Assembly: GCA_963700985.1 (NCBI GenBank)
Contig: OY969554.1
Span: 64,001 to 128,000, forward strand
Length of the DNA: 64,000 nt
Source of the DNA: an uncultured Chlamydiales bacterium
GTDB lineage: Bacteria > Chlamydiota > Chlamydiia > Chlamydiales > Rhabdochlamydiaceae
Reading direction: 5' to 3'
Shown here: in pieces, positions 39,639 to 49,414 of the stretch
How positions within the stretch are numbered: the stretch's first letter is position 1
How the letters are laid out: each line of letters begins with the position of its first letter
Notes under the pieces: generated by a model
What the model saw: only the letters and a program-made list of their open reading frames with translations
Told to the model about the DNA's origin: nothing
Databases searched by the model: none
Position numbers and translations under genes: made by a program

Positions 39639-40494
39639 AATCCCTTCATCTCTTGAGACGCTGCAACACTGGTTTGCTAGCTTAATCACCTCTCCTATTT
39701 TACAAAGCGATGCAGATCAAATTCCTCTTTTCTCCTCAGATCTGATTGAGGAGATTCGTCAGAAGGTCGCATTCAGTCACACGATGAGAAGTGAAGAGAG
39801 GATGGGCATTTATCAACAGCAATACTGGTGGCGTCTCATCAGTGTGATACAAGATTTGTTTCCCAGTCTTGTCGCACTTTTAGATTATGAAGAGTTTAAT
39901 CGCCTAATTGCCGAACCCTACTTGGCAAGCCATATTCCACATGATTGGTTCATCTCTAACATTGGGGCTGATCTTCCAGGATGGCTCAAGACAGTCCATA
40001 AGGACGTATCATTCAGCGCACTTGCAGAAGTCGATCTAGCTTTTGAGCAATTGATTTTTACTGAGATCTTGCCCAACATCGATCTTTCTAAGTGTGAAAA
40101 TGAAACCCTCTACTTACAGCCTTTCGTACTGCTTTTTGAATTGGATGCTGATTTATTTACTTTTAGAAAACAGCTTCTCCAAAAAGAAAAGCCTTCTGTA
40201 GCAAAGTTGGAAAAATGGAGAAAAAAAAAGCATCAAGTTCTCTATCGTTTGCACGAGCAAAATTATTATGAGGAAATTCACCCTCTCTTTTTTGAACTGC
40301 TACTTCGATTGCAAAAAGGTGCCAAATTAAGTGAGCTGATCTCTTTGCTCGAGAAATTCGATGATATATCTTCTATATTTCAAATGATGGCTTCCAGAGG
40401 CTGGCTTACTCTTTCTTGTCCCAAAGCCAGTGATCGATCGAAGCAGATCCTGGTCCAAACACAAAGACGATCAAGGAAGCAAACAGGAAGCTGA
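39631..40494 (+). CDS. DUF2063 MNIO partner protein
   Basis: LQHWF, ERMGIYQQQYWWRL...FPSL; start overlaps MNIO stop. Confidence 0.85.
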   Translation: MHKIPSSLETLQHWFASLITSPILQSDADQIPLFSSDLIEEIRQKVAFSHTMRSEERMGIYQQQYWWRLISVIQDLFPSLVALLDYEEFNRLIAEPYLASHIPHDWFISNIGADLPGWLKTVHKDVSFSALAEVDLAFEQLIFTEILPNIDLSKCENETLYLQPFVLLFELDADLFTFRKQLLQKEKPSVAKLEKWRKKKHQVLYRLHEQNYYEEIHPLFFELLLRLQKGAKLSELISLLEKFDDISSIFQMMASRGWLTLSCPKASDRSKQILVQTQRRSRKQTGS

Positions 40495-40858
40495 AAGGAT
40501 CGGTATGAATGAAGCGTTGAGGATCGGATAGAATTTGTCTGAGAGCCTCTTGCTCAGAGGTGAGGATAGCAACGATCATTGTAAAGATCAAAGGGATGGT
40601 GATCAGTCTAGAAGCTAAACCCAGCAGTAGGCATGTGCCACACACTGTTTCGATAAGTGCAGTAAGCGTTGCAGAAAAAAATGGAAAAGGAATTCCTAGC
40701 GATTGAAAAAAGACAGTAACGTTCGACAAATGCCCAAGTTTTCCCAGACCAGTGATTAAAAAAGCCCCTCCCCAAAAGAGACGAATGGCTAATAAAAGAG
40801 GCGATTTTAGAGAATTCCCGAGTGAAGTTAACGCAGTGTAAAATTTATTCAAGTACAT
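40406..40858 (-). CDS. DoxX family membrane protein
   Basis: LLAIRLFWG..F..TG.GKL, E.V.G..LLLGL..R, GPGSASID. Confidence 0.92.
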   Translation of the reverse strand: MYLNKFYTALTSLGNSLKSPLLLAIRLFWGGAFLITGLGKLGHLSNVTVFFQSLGIPFPFFSATLTALIETVCGTCLLLGLASRLITIPLIFTMIVAILTSEQEALRQILSDPQRFIHTDPFSFLFASLIVFVFGPGSASIDHWLWDKKE

Positions 40859-40908
40859 ATTTTTTTACATATCACAGCTTCTTTTATTTTCACAATAGCA
40901 TTTTTCAA

Positions 40909-43104
40909 TTATTTGGCAGTATAGATGAAGGTGCCATTCCATGAGGCTGGGGGCGGATTTTGCAAAAATTGGACACAGCGTGTATGTAAGGAGCGGCTTG
41001 GCAGGTCATGAAGCTGATCTTTGAGTAAATTCATAGCCTCGGTAAAAAGACGTTTGCGATAGGCGTGAAGAGCTTGTTCATACTTAGAGATGATTGTAGT
41101 CATTTCCAATTTTTCTCCCTTCTTGCCTATCAGTTCATACACTTTGATCTCTTCAGTCTCCCCCTTGAGTGTGACAAAGTCTAAGAGGCGGAAAATAAAG
41201 TCCTCTTGCGCTGATTTATAGATGCTTTCACTCACGAGAATAGAGGAACCGTAATACTTATTGAGGCTTTCTAGACGGGAAGCGACGTTGACTCCATTAC
41301 CTAAAGCAGTGAAGTTGAGTCGATCCGGCGCACCGAAGTACCCTACCATCACGCGATCTTTATGTAGACCAAAGCGCGTTTCAAAACGGGGCAGCCCCTG
41401 CCACTCAGGGGATGCGAATAATTCCTGGAGTGCTGTTGTACAATCGAGTGTAGCTTGGCAAGCGATTTGAGCATGATTCGTTAGCGGAGTCGGGGTATTC
41501 CACAGAGCCATAATCCCATCGCCGATGTATTTGTCTATGATACCGTGCCTACGGTTTTGGATGACTTGTGTCATGACCTTGAGATACCCCCCAAGTGCAG
41601 TGGCAAGTTCGTTGACAGGAAGCTTTTCGGCAAGAGAAGTGAAATTCTGGATATCTGTGAAGAGTATGGAGATCTCCTGGACTTCTCCGCCAAGAACAGG
41701 GTCTTTCTGCGACTGGAAAAGTTGTTTCACTAATTCTATGGGGACATACTTGCTCATGGCCCGCATCGCAGTCTTTGCGAGCTCAAGATCTGAGAGGATG
41801 GTGTAGACATCTTTGAAAATGGAGCGAGGCTGAGACGCTTTGAAGTCAAAATTGTGCATCTTCAACGTTTCATCGATGATCTTTTGTTGTTCCCTTTTAA
41901 GAGAGCGCTGCACAATGAATCCACCGAGGCAGATAAAGCAGATGATGCCGCCTGTAATGAGGAGAAGGTGTTTTTGCGTCTCTTGAAGGGTACCGACGTA
42001 GTAAGACTGGGGAACGACGATGCCTAGGATCCAGTCCTGAGAGTTCTCAATCTCTCTATAAGTAAGAAGATAGGTTTTATGCTGGTAGTCGAATTGTCCG
42101 GATTGCAAAGGATCAGCTTCAGAGACTAAGTTAAGAGCGGGATTTTTTAAGGCTATCTGTACTTGCTCGGGGGCATTTGTCGAAGAGAAACGGAGATTGC
42201 CTTCAATCGGACGGAGAATATCTTTATCACTTAGACGCGTGATGAGTTCCCCAGAACTATCCGCAATAAAAATAAGGTGAGGGTCTTTCGGATCATTAGG
42301 AATGAGTTTGAAGTGGCTAATCTGTTCAATCTGCCTGTAAAAGAGGCCGACTCGCAACACACCCAGGAAGTTGCCTTTGGAATCTGTGACTGCGCGTTGC
42401 ACGCTCACTTCCACCCTTCGCAGTGTTTCGGGCAGGTCCTTGTCAATTTGAGACCAGTGTAGATCGCTCCAGAGGCTTTTACCGTTATACTGCTTATTTG
42501 CCGGAGTAATGAAGGTCGAGTATGTAGTAGGATCGGCAGCTGATTTCGTTGGCCCTTGGATAAAAGGAATGCCAAATAGATCGTTTCGCGCCGAACGCGA
42601 CCGCTGCTCTGAGAGCCACTGACCATCTTTCTGATAAATAGAGAGTGTGTCTATGGGGGCAGAATCTTGGCTTGATCCTCTAAAAAGACTCAGCTCTCCT
42701 CGTCCTGTGGGGGCGAGGAGGATATTGCCATCAGCATCATATCCGATTTTTTCTCCGTAAGTAAGGGAGACCTCTGAGAGGTTGTCGTTCTTAAGCATCG
42801 CCGTAAAGAGGAAGGTTTCAAGTGAGATAGGATCTTTGGGATTAAAGACTTCGTGGTTTATCTCCGACTGGAAACCATCTTCGACTTCCTGCAATTGGTT
42901 AAGATAGAGCGTGACTTTTTCTGCAAATTCACGGCTTGCAGCAGCACGCAGGTGATCGGAAGCCTGGATCACAGAGGCTTGTGAAGCATGAAGAAACAGA
43001 TAAAAGAGAAGGCCGAGCAGGACAACAAGCCCAATAAGACTGATGCCAAAGAGATAAGCGAGCGTTATCCGGATTTTTTTATATTCAAACATCTCTTGTA
43101 ACAT
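40909..43104 (-). CDS. Class III adenylate/guanylate cyclase with extracytoplasmic Cache domain
   Basis: Two TMs; LFTDIQNFT, DKYIGDGIMA, GNGVNVASRLE. Confidence 0.92.
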   Translation of the reverse strand: MLQEMFEYKKIRITLAYLFGISLIGLVVLLGLLFYLFLHASQASVIQASDHLRAAASREFAEKVTLYLNQLQEVEDGFQSEINHEVFNPKDPISLETFLFTAMLKNDNLSEVSLTYGEKIGYDADGNILLAPTGRGELSLFRGSSQDSAPIDTLSIYQKDGQWLSEQRSRSARNDLFGIPFIQGPTKSAADPTTYSTFITPANKQYNGKSLWSDLHWSQIDKDLPETLRRVEVSVQRAVTDSKGNFLGVLRVGLFYRQIEQISHFKLIPNDPKDPHLIFIADSSGELITRLSDKDILRPIEGNLRFSSTNAPEQVQIALKNPALNLVSEADPLQSGQFDYQHKTYLLTYREIENSQDWILGIVVPQSYYVGTLQETQKHLLLITGGIICFICLGGFIVQRSLKREQQKIIDETLKMHNFDFKASQPRSIFKDVYTILSDLELAKTAMRAMSKYVPIELVKQLFQSQKDPVLGGEVQEISILFTDIQNFTSLAEKLPVNELATALGGYLKVMTQVIQNRRHGIIDKYIGDGIMALWNTPTPLTNHAQIACQATLDCTTALQELFASPEWQGLPRFETRFGLHKDRVMVGYFGAPDRLNFTALGNGVNVASRLESLNKYYGSSILVSESIYKSAQEDFIFRLLDFVTLKGETEEIKVYELIGKKGEKLEMTTIISKYEQALHAYRKRLFTEAMNLLKDQLHDLPSRSLHTRCVQFLQNPPPASWNGTFIYTAK

Positions 43105-43201
43105 ATAATTAATAATAAGTTTCCTGCCAAGAGATGAAGCAGTTAGCTGAGTTTTTACAGCTTCTCAAATCCTTAAAAGTGCCTAGCTTGAGAGCAGTCT
43201 C

Positions 43202-44359
43202 TTAGAAGGTGAATGCTCCGCGGAATGTGCAGGATTCATTTCCGAATATCTTGATGTGTGGATGCCTGTATTTCCAGGGGTGGATAGTTGACAAATCAAT
43301 CAAACAACAACCCTCAAAACGCACTTCTTTCAATGATCGATGAGGAGCGATTGAGCGCACATATTCCACTTGTTTCAGGGTTAACTCAGCAGGCGTCATT
43401 TCAGGTGTTTTCCAAGGCTGAAATAAAATTGAATCGTAAAAAGCTCCAAATTTAAATCCTAGCACATCGATGGAGAGACCAGAATGTGACTCTTTGAAAC
43501 GCAGATATTTTAGCCTGGGCATTTCTAGCAGAGCTTTGAAGTCCACAAGCGGATATACCATGGTTCCGCCAAATGGTGAATACGTAGAGGAGCGTTCTTT
43601 TACCAGCGTAAGGTTTGTGAGATTGGGGAAATCAGTTGAGAGTTTTGTTACGTATGCTGCACTGAGCGTATCTCTCAAAGAAAATGTCAGCGTTTTTACG
43701 CTGGGTGTAGCAATGCCCGGTGAATTGAAAATGTGGAGGCTTGAACCACTATAAATTGGCAGATTTTTAAATGGGGGCAATGGAAGTGTTAGGTCGGTGA
43801 TCTTCAAGGTTGTTGCAGCAAATGCTTCTGAGAGAGCTTGTAAGGTTTCAGGATGCAGCGTTCCCTCGAAGGATAGGGTCGTAAGATTCAATATAGGTAA
43901 AGCGCGCATCAAATTTTCTGAAATCATAGAAAAAGGATAGATCGGAGGGGTAGCTGAAAAATGGAATGCTCGAAGCCTAGGATTAAGTTGGTAGTAGAGC
44001 TGAACTCGATCTATGATTCTTTGTGGGGTAATGTCACCTTCCTGGCTCCTAAGACACTCAATGACTTCGACGTTGGACAGGGAACGACGCATTTTAGACC
44101 AGAGTTTAGATACTCCGAAGGCGAGGAGAGTGCTCTTAGGGTCTAAATATTCAAAAACATGTGCAATTAAATCAGAAGTGACGAGGAAATCCCTAGGGAC
44201 TGTTGGCGTGCTTGCGGAGCGCGCAATTGGATTATTTCTGCTTTTCTTTGAATAAGGATCTTTATCTATTGAGGCTGCAGATCCTGAGCCAGAACCGCCA
44301 GAGATGTCGAGTGTAGAACCCGTATATACGAAAGGCGATGAACTGATTGGCGCTGCCAT
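43202..44359 (-). CDS. F-box-like plus LRR-like candidate effector
   Basis: DLIAHVFEYLDPKSTLLAFGVSKLW; LPILNL shared with the 37329 paralog. Confidence 0.65.
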   Translation of the reverse strand: MAAPISSSPFVYTGSTLDISGGSGSGSAASIDKDPYSKKSRNNPIARSASTPTVPRDFLVTSDLIAHVFEYLDPKSTLLAFGVSKLWSKMRRSLSNVEVIECLRSQEGDITPQRIIDRVQLYYQLNPRLRAFHFSATPPIYPFSMISENLMRALPILNLTTLSFEGTLHPETLQALSEAFAATTLKITDLTLPLPPFKNLPIYSGSSLHIFNSPGIATPSVKTLTFSLRDTLSAAYVTKLSTDFPNLTNLTLVKERSSTYSPFGGTMVYPLVDFKALLEMPRLKYLRFKESHSGLSIDVLGFKFGAFYDSILFQPWKTPEMTPAELTLKQVEYVRSIAPHRSLKEVRFEGCCLIDLSTIHPWKYRHPHIKIFGNESCTFRGAFTF

Positions 44360-44452
44360 AAAAACTCCTTATTTCTGGAGGATTATAGCGAGTTTTATAG
44401 ATAACTTAAATGAGTAAACTAAAATATATTAATGGTAATTATTTAAGTTAAT

Positions 44453-44749
44453 CTAGCTGCGTAAATAGGCATTAAGAGAGACCTGCTCAACGGCATTGTC
44501 GGGAGACATGCCTTGAGCTTTAAAGTATTGCAATGCAGCATCTTTTTGCGCCGGTGAGAAACGGTTGAAACGTTTGCGGTGATAGTCGCTGAGCATAGGC
44601 ATAAAATCGCTTTCTGTAAGTGGTTTCACAGCTTCCTGTCTTTTCACTTCTCCGCCGGCTGGAGTCCAGTGGGGGCGGTGACCTGCAAATGCGGCAGAAG
44701 ATGTAGAGAGCGTTGCGATAAACAGCATGCCAGTGAGAAGAGATTTCAT
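44453..44749 (-). CDS. Small exported hypothetical protein
   Basis: Signal peptide ending AAFA; GAGG RBS. Confidence 0.65.
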   Translation of the reverse strand: MKSLLTGMLFIATLSTSSAAFAGHRPHWTPAGGEVKRQEAVKPLTESDFMPMLSDYHRKRFNRFSPAQKDAALQYFKAQGMSPDNAVEQVSLNAYLRS

Positions 44750-44905
44750 ATTAGGCCTCAGGGTATTAGCTTGGATGTTAAGATAAGAGGCAGATTTTTG
44801 CAACATACTGAGAGATCGTCCTTATCTGGATGAGAAGTTGGGCTCGTATTTTTGGTACAAGCATGGTAACATAGCTCCTTCTAATCTCCTACAAAAGGAG
44901 GAAAC

Positions 44906-47900
44906 GTGTCTTCACCTTCCACCCCTATCTCTGCGTCGCAACACTTTGCGTTTGAGAGACCAGGTATAGGCCTACCACGAACGCTTTCAATTTCCTCTAT
45001 TCCCGATACATCTGATAAACAGCACGTCGAAACCCAGAATGGCCTCGAACTATCTATGCCCGATGAGGAGTTTGATGGAGTACCCAAGTCACCTCTGAGC
45101 GCGCACGCGGTTTTGGGCATATCAGACATGCCTTCACTTGCCTCTACTTCCAATAGATCTGATACACTGCGTATTAGAATCCGTAACGCAGCCGAGCAGC
45201 GGAACAAAAAGTTGGCAGCCCTTGATGGGTTTGAAAACCCTGATGAGTTTGATGAATTATCTAAGACACCTCCGAGGGCGAGAAATAAAAGATCAGCACT
45301 TTGTGAAATTCTTGATGGACTTACCGCCATTGATCCGTTAGATGGAGGACCCATATTACCTGGGCTCCAGATCCCTCCACATCGAGAGTCTACATATTCC
45401 GCGTCTGACTATGATTTCACGAGGGCTTCCACCCCCCTAATGATGCCTACGAGCCCAAAAATGGCTGATGCGGCAGCTATCGATGAACACGAACGAAATG
45501 TGTTAACCCGATTAGCGAATCAGCAGAGCGAAAAACTGGCAGAGTCAAACTTGCCCACGCCTGAAAGACAAACTCTGCTTGCCATAACCGATGACGTACT
45601 CGAGCTTTCCCCTACACCCCAGATCCCTCTATGCTCAGCGACTGAGTCTCTACGCATCAGGAGTACTATCGAAGCTCGAGCTGCTGTGGCAGCTGTCGAT
45701 GAACAGGGACAAACTGTGCTCCATCGAGCAGCGAAAGAAGGCCAAATAGACACATTAGAGCGGCTTTCGAAAGACGACGTTATTCTTTTAATGTGGAAAG
45801 ACAAGCATGGCAACACACCTCTTCTTTCTGCAGCATTAGAAGGGCAGTGCGTTGCATGCAAAATTTTGCTTGCAGCTGGCTCCTTTCCTACAATGGGAAA
45901 TGCACGCCGCTGGAATGCACTGCATTGTGCTGCATCAAGCAAAAATTCCGAGGTAGTGGAGCTATTTGCAGACAACGCTGCTCTTCGCGAAGAGAAAGAT
46001 ATCGATGGGCGCACACCCCTGATTATAGCAACTTTGTGTGGGCATCACGCCGCGTGCAAAATTTTGCTCGCAGCTGGCGCCGATCCTAAAGCAACAGACC
46101 GGGATGGCCATGATGCGCTGTATTGGGCTAAAGACCAAGGGCGTTGGGCTAAAGACGTAGGATATAAAATAATAGAACAACTACTAACTGCAAAGCTTGA
46201 CGAAGAGGCTGCAAAGTTGCTCGAAATACATGCTGCAAGAGAAAAACTTCTTACTGCAATGCGGAGAGGTGCATCTATGCTACCTCCCCACCTTCAGGTA
46301 GCCATCCCTGCTTCCGAAAAATCTGAAACTCCTGTCTTTCAGGTGCAGAGAGGTGGGCCTCTACCTTGGCCACCTGTAAAAATCCATGAGTGGAGAGATA
46401 AGGATGACAACACGCCTCTTCTTTCTGCAGCATTAGGAGGACAGCAAACCGCGTGTGAAACTTTGCTTGCAGCAGGTGCTGATCTTCAAAAGGTGAACGC
46501 ACGCGGCTGGAATGCTCTGCATTGCGCCGTATCAAGCAAAAATTCCGAGGTAGTGCGGCTATTTGCAGGTAACGTTACTCTTCGTGAAGGGAAAGATATC
46601 GATGGACGTACGCCTCTGATTATAGCAGCTATAGGTGGGCATCACGTCACGTGTAAAATTTTGCTTGAAGCTGGCGCTGATTTTAAAGCAGCAGACCGGA
46701 AGGGCCTAGATGCACTGTATTGGGTTAAATACTATGGGTGTTTGAATCTAGACGAAGGATATAAAATAGCAGAACAACTATTAACTGCGAGGCTTCACAA
46801 AAAGACTACAAGCTTACACGAAGTGAGCAATGCAAAAGAAAAACTCTTCGAGCAGGAACGTGCATCTATGCTAACTCCAGGTCCTGCACCCTTCCCAGCT
46901 TCCAAAAAACCAGAAACCTATATCTTTCAAGAGCAAAGAGTTAGATATCAAGTACCAGGAGATCCAGTACCTTTAAGATCCCATCAGATGGAGGTGCCTT
47001 TTCCTGAATTCTTCCCAGTTCCTCAAAAAGAGGTAGCCGTCGATGAACACGGAAGAAATGCTCTTCACCGAGCGGCGCTAGAAGGGCAAACAGAAACAAT
47101 AAAGCAGCCACCTGCGCAGCTCCATGAGTTACCTAGAGGGCCATTCTACAGTAAGCAGTTCGCTCCAGTTCATCCTGCATCTGTTCCAGCTCCCAAAAAA
47201 CCACACATTCCTTTCTCTCAAGCAGAGTTATTTGAGTCCCAACATTCGCCACCTGTACAGTTCCAGGAGTTACCTGGAGGGCCGAAGATTACAGTCATCA
47301 GGAGTCAGTTTGCTCCAGTCCATCCTGCATCCGTTCCAGCTCCCAAAGAGCCAGAAACTCCTGTTTCTCAAACACAGTGGCTTTATCCACGTCAATCATG
47401 GGTTAGCGACCAACACCAACCTTGGCTACCTGCACAACTCCATGAGTTACCTAGAGTGCATAATGCATCTACGCTCGCTCCTCAAGAAGGGGTACCTGTC
47501 GATGAAAACGGAAGAACAGTTCTTCACGCAGCGGCGATAGATGGGGACACAGGCGTAATAGAGCGGTATTCGCAAAATAAAGCTCTTCTTGAGGTAAGAG
47601 ATATAGAAAATTTTACACCTCTGCTTTGCGCAGCATTTTTGGGGAATTACTCCGCTTGTAAAACCCTGCTTAAAGTTGGTGCCGACCCCTTGGCAATAGG
47701 CGGAAACCGTCTGAATGCACTACATTGTGCTGCATCAAGCGAAAATAGCGAAGTAGTGCGTCTGCTTGTAGGTTATGCAACTCTCCTTGAAGCAAAAGAT
47801 ATTGGTGGGCGTACACCCTTGATTGTGGCGGCTAGATGTGGACGACTAGGTGCATGCAAAATTTTGCTTGAAGCTGGCGCCGATCCAAAAGCAACAGATA

Positions 47901-49390
47901 GAGAGCATCGAGATGCATTGTCCTGGGCTAAACATGAAAAACATATAGAGATAGAAATTCTATTAGCTAGAAAGCTTCGCGAAGCAAAAGATAAAAAAGA
48001 AGACGGATCTTGTTCTGTTCCTAGAGATACGGGACCTGTATTCGTCTTTAAGCCACAAACTCCAGCTGTTCCCGCATCTGCCTCAACTTTCAAAAGACCA
48101 GAAGCTTCTGCTCCTGCAAAAGCAGCACAAGACGCTCAGCTCCATCCTGAGGAGCTACTTAAGATGCAGGCGGCACTACTTAGCCGGATGACAAAAGTCG
48201 AGAGCACCATTGCACCCATTAAAGGTAGAGAAGCATCGCTTGATGGTGTGCTTACCGATCGCGAAATCCGTGAACGCGATCGACAAGAGATTCAGCGCAT
48301 TCTTAGCAATCCTGCGCTCAGCGATTATTATCATGCCTTTCAGATGATTCTCAATCACACTGTGTATGGATGCTTTGTAGCCCATGGCAAAATCATGGGA
48401 GGAGCAAAGACTACCACTGCCACGACAAAACTCGATACTGCTGCAGATATAGCTACCTTGGTTGGCCAAGAAGCCCCCTTTGGGATTTTTGCAAAGGTTC
48501 TCACAAGCGGTTTAACTGGTTACGATACGCTAAAAAAGAAAGAAGCTGTGAACAACGCTGCCGCTTTTTTTATCAATCAGACCAAATGTGACGAAGTGTG
48601 TGAGCTAGTAGCTCTAAAACTAACCATCCCTCAGGCCAGCATAATTTGCACCCTTCCCGCTAGCGTTCACACCGGATTTATGGCTAAAAAGTTCGAACAG
48701 TTGAAACGTTTGAGCAAAACGCTCATAAAAAATGACATCAACACGCCGGGTAAGGAGCTGGCTGAAAAACACGCAGAATGGTTTTTAAAAGGCATCATGA
48801 CTACCAGCATCACCGGCAGAGCCCGACCTGAACGCGTAACAGAATTCGTCGACTTCATTCTGCAGAAAAGAGTAACGCCTTCCCTCAAGCCTGTATCCGC
48901 TCCGGTTCCACCAAGTAAACCAACGGCCTCTGGTACTCCATCTAGTCAGGTAAACGATCTAGATCGCTTGCAAGAAGAGATAAGATCTCTACGAGAAGCT
49001 CAAAAGCTTAGCGAAAAACAGCATGCTCAAGATCTTGCAAAGCTGAAAGAAGAGAGTGAGCGGAGTGAGAGAGCGCGCAAGCGTGAGATGGACCAGCTGA
49101 GAAGAATGCTTCCTCCAGACGAGGATCCCTTCCAATCCGCCGGCAGTGGCGGCGAGCAGGATCAATTGCTGGCTTCGGCAGCTGCAGCACGTCCTGGAAA
49201 ATATGGCCTTCCACAACAGCAAGCTGCACATAGACTTGCTGCGGTGGAAGAGCAGATTGGGCGCTTAACTAAAAATCAAGCTGTCTGGGATGAGGAGCGG
49301 GGAAGCGCTGCTCATCCTTCCAAGGTAGAAAGAAAAATAGCACCGAAAAGCGGCTCAATATTGAGCAGGTTGTTTCACAAAAAGGCTTGA
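44906..49390 (+). CDS. Large ankyrin-repeat protein (candidate effector)
   Basis: Multiple G.TPL..AA..G...CKILL.AGAD repeats; Ser/Pro-rich N-terminus; coiled coil. Confidence 0.92.
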   Translation: MSSPSTPISASQHFAFERPGIGLPRTLSISSIPDTSDKQHVETQNGLELSMPDEEFDGVPKSPLSAHAVLGISDMPSLASTSNRSDTLRIRIRNAAEQRNKKLAALDGFENPDEFDELSKTPPRARNKRSALCEILDGLTAIDPLDGGPILPGLQIPPHRESTYSASDYDFTRASTPLMMPTSPKMADAAAIDEHERNVLTRLANQQSEKLAESNLPTPERQTLLAITDDVLELSPTPQIPLCSATESLRIRSTIEARAAVAAVDEQGQTVLHRAAKEGQIDTLERLSKDDVILLMWKDKHGNTPLLSAALEGQCVACKILLAAGSFPTMGNARRWNALHCAASSKNSEVVELFADNAALREEKDIDGRTPLIIATLCGHHAACKILLAAGADPKATDRDGHDALYWAKDQGRWAKDVGYKIIEQLLTAKLDEEAAKLLEIHAAREKLLTAMRRGASMLPPHLQVAIPASEKSETPVFQVQRGGPLPWPPVKIHEWRDKDDNTPLLSAALGGQQTACETLLAAGADLQKVNARGWNALHCAVSSKNSEVVRLFAGNVTLREGKDIDGRTPLIIAAIGGHHVTCKILLEAGADFKAADRKGLDALYWVKYYGCLNLDEGYKIAEQLLTARLHKKTTSLHEVSNAKEKLFEQERASMLTPGPAPFPASKKPETYIFQEQRVRYQVPGDPVPLRSHQMEVPFPEFFPVPQKEVAVDEHGRNALHRAALEGQTETIKQPPAQLHELPRGPFYSKQFAPVHPASVPAPKKPHIPFSQAELFESQHSPPVQFQELPGGPKITVIRSQFAPVHPASVPAPKEPETPVSQTQWLYPRQSWVSDQHQPWLPAQLHELPRVHNASTLAPQEGVPVDENGRTVLHAAAIDGDTGVIERYSQNKALLEVRDIENFTPLLCAAFLGNYSACKTLLKVGADPLAIGGNRLNALHCAASSENSEVVRLLVGYATLLEAKDIGGRTPLIVAARCGRLGACKILLEAGADPKATDREHRDALSWAKHEKHIEIEILLARKLREAKDKKEDGSCSVPRDTGPVFVFKPQTPAVPASASTFKRPEASAPAKAAQDAQLHPEELLKMQAALLSRMTKVESTIAPIKGREASLDGVLTDREIRERDRQEIQRILSNPALSDYYHAFQMILNHTVYGCFVAHGKIMGGAKTTTATTKLDTAADIATLVGQEAPFGIFAKVLTSGLTGYDTLKKKEAVNNAAAFFINQTKCDEVCELVALKLTIPQASIICTLPASVHTGFMAKKFEQLKRLSKTLIKNDINTPGKELAEKHAEWFLKGIMTTSITGRARPERVTEFVDFILQKRVTPSLKPVSAPVPPSKPTASGTPSSQVNDLDRLQEEIRSLREAQKLSEKQHAQDLAKLKEESERSERARKREMDQLRRMLPPDEDPFQSAGSGGEQDQLLASAAAARPGKYGLPQQQAAHRLAAVEEQIGRLTKNQAVWDEERGSAAHPSKVERKIAPKSGSILSRLFHKKA

Positions 49391-49414
49391 GAAGCTGTGC
49401 TTTAAAAACAGTCT

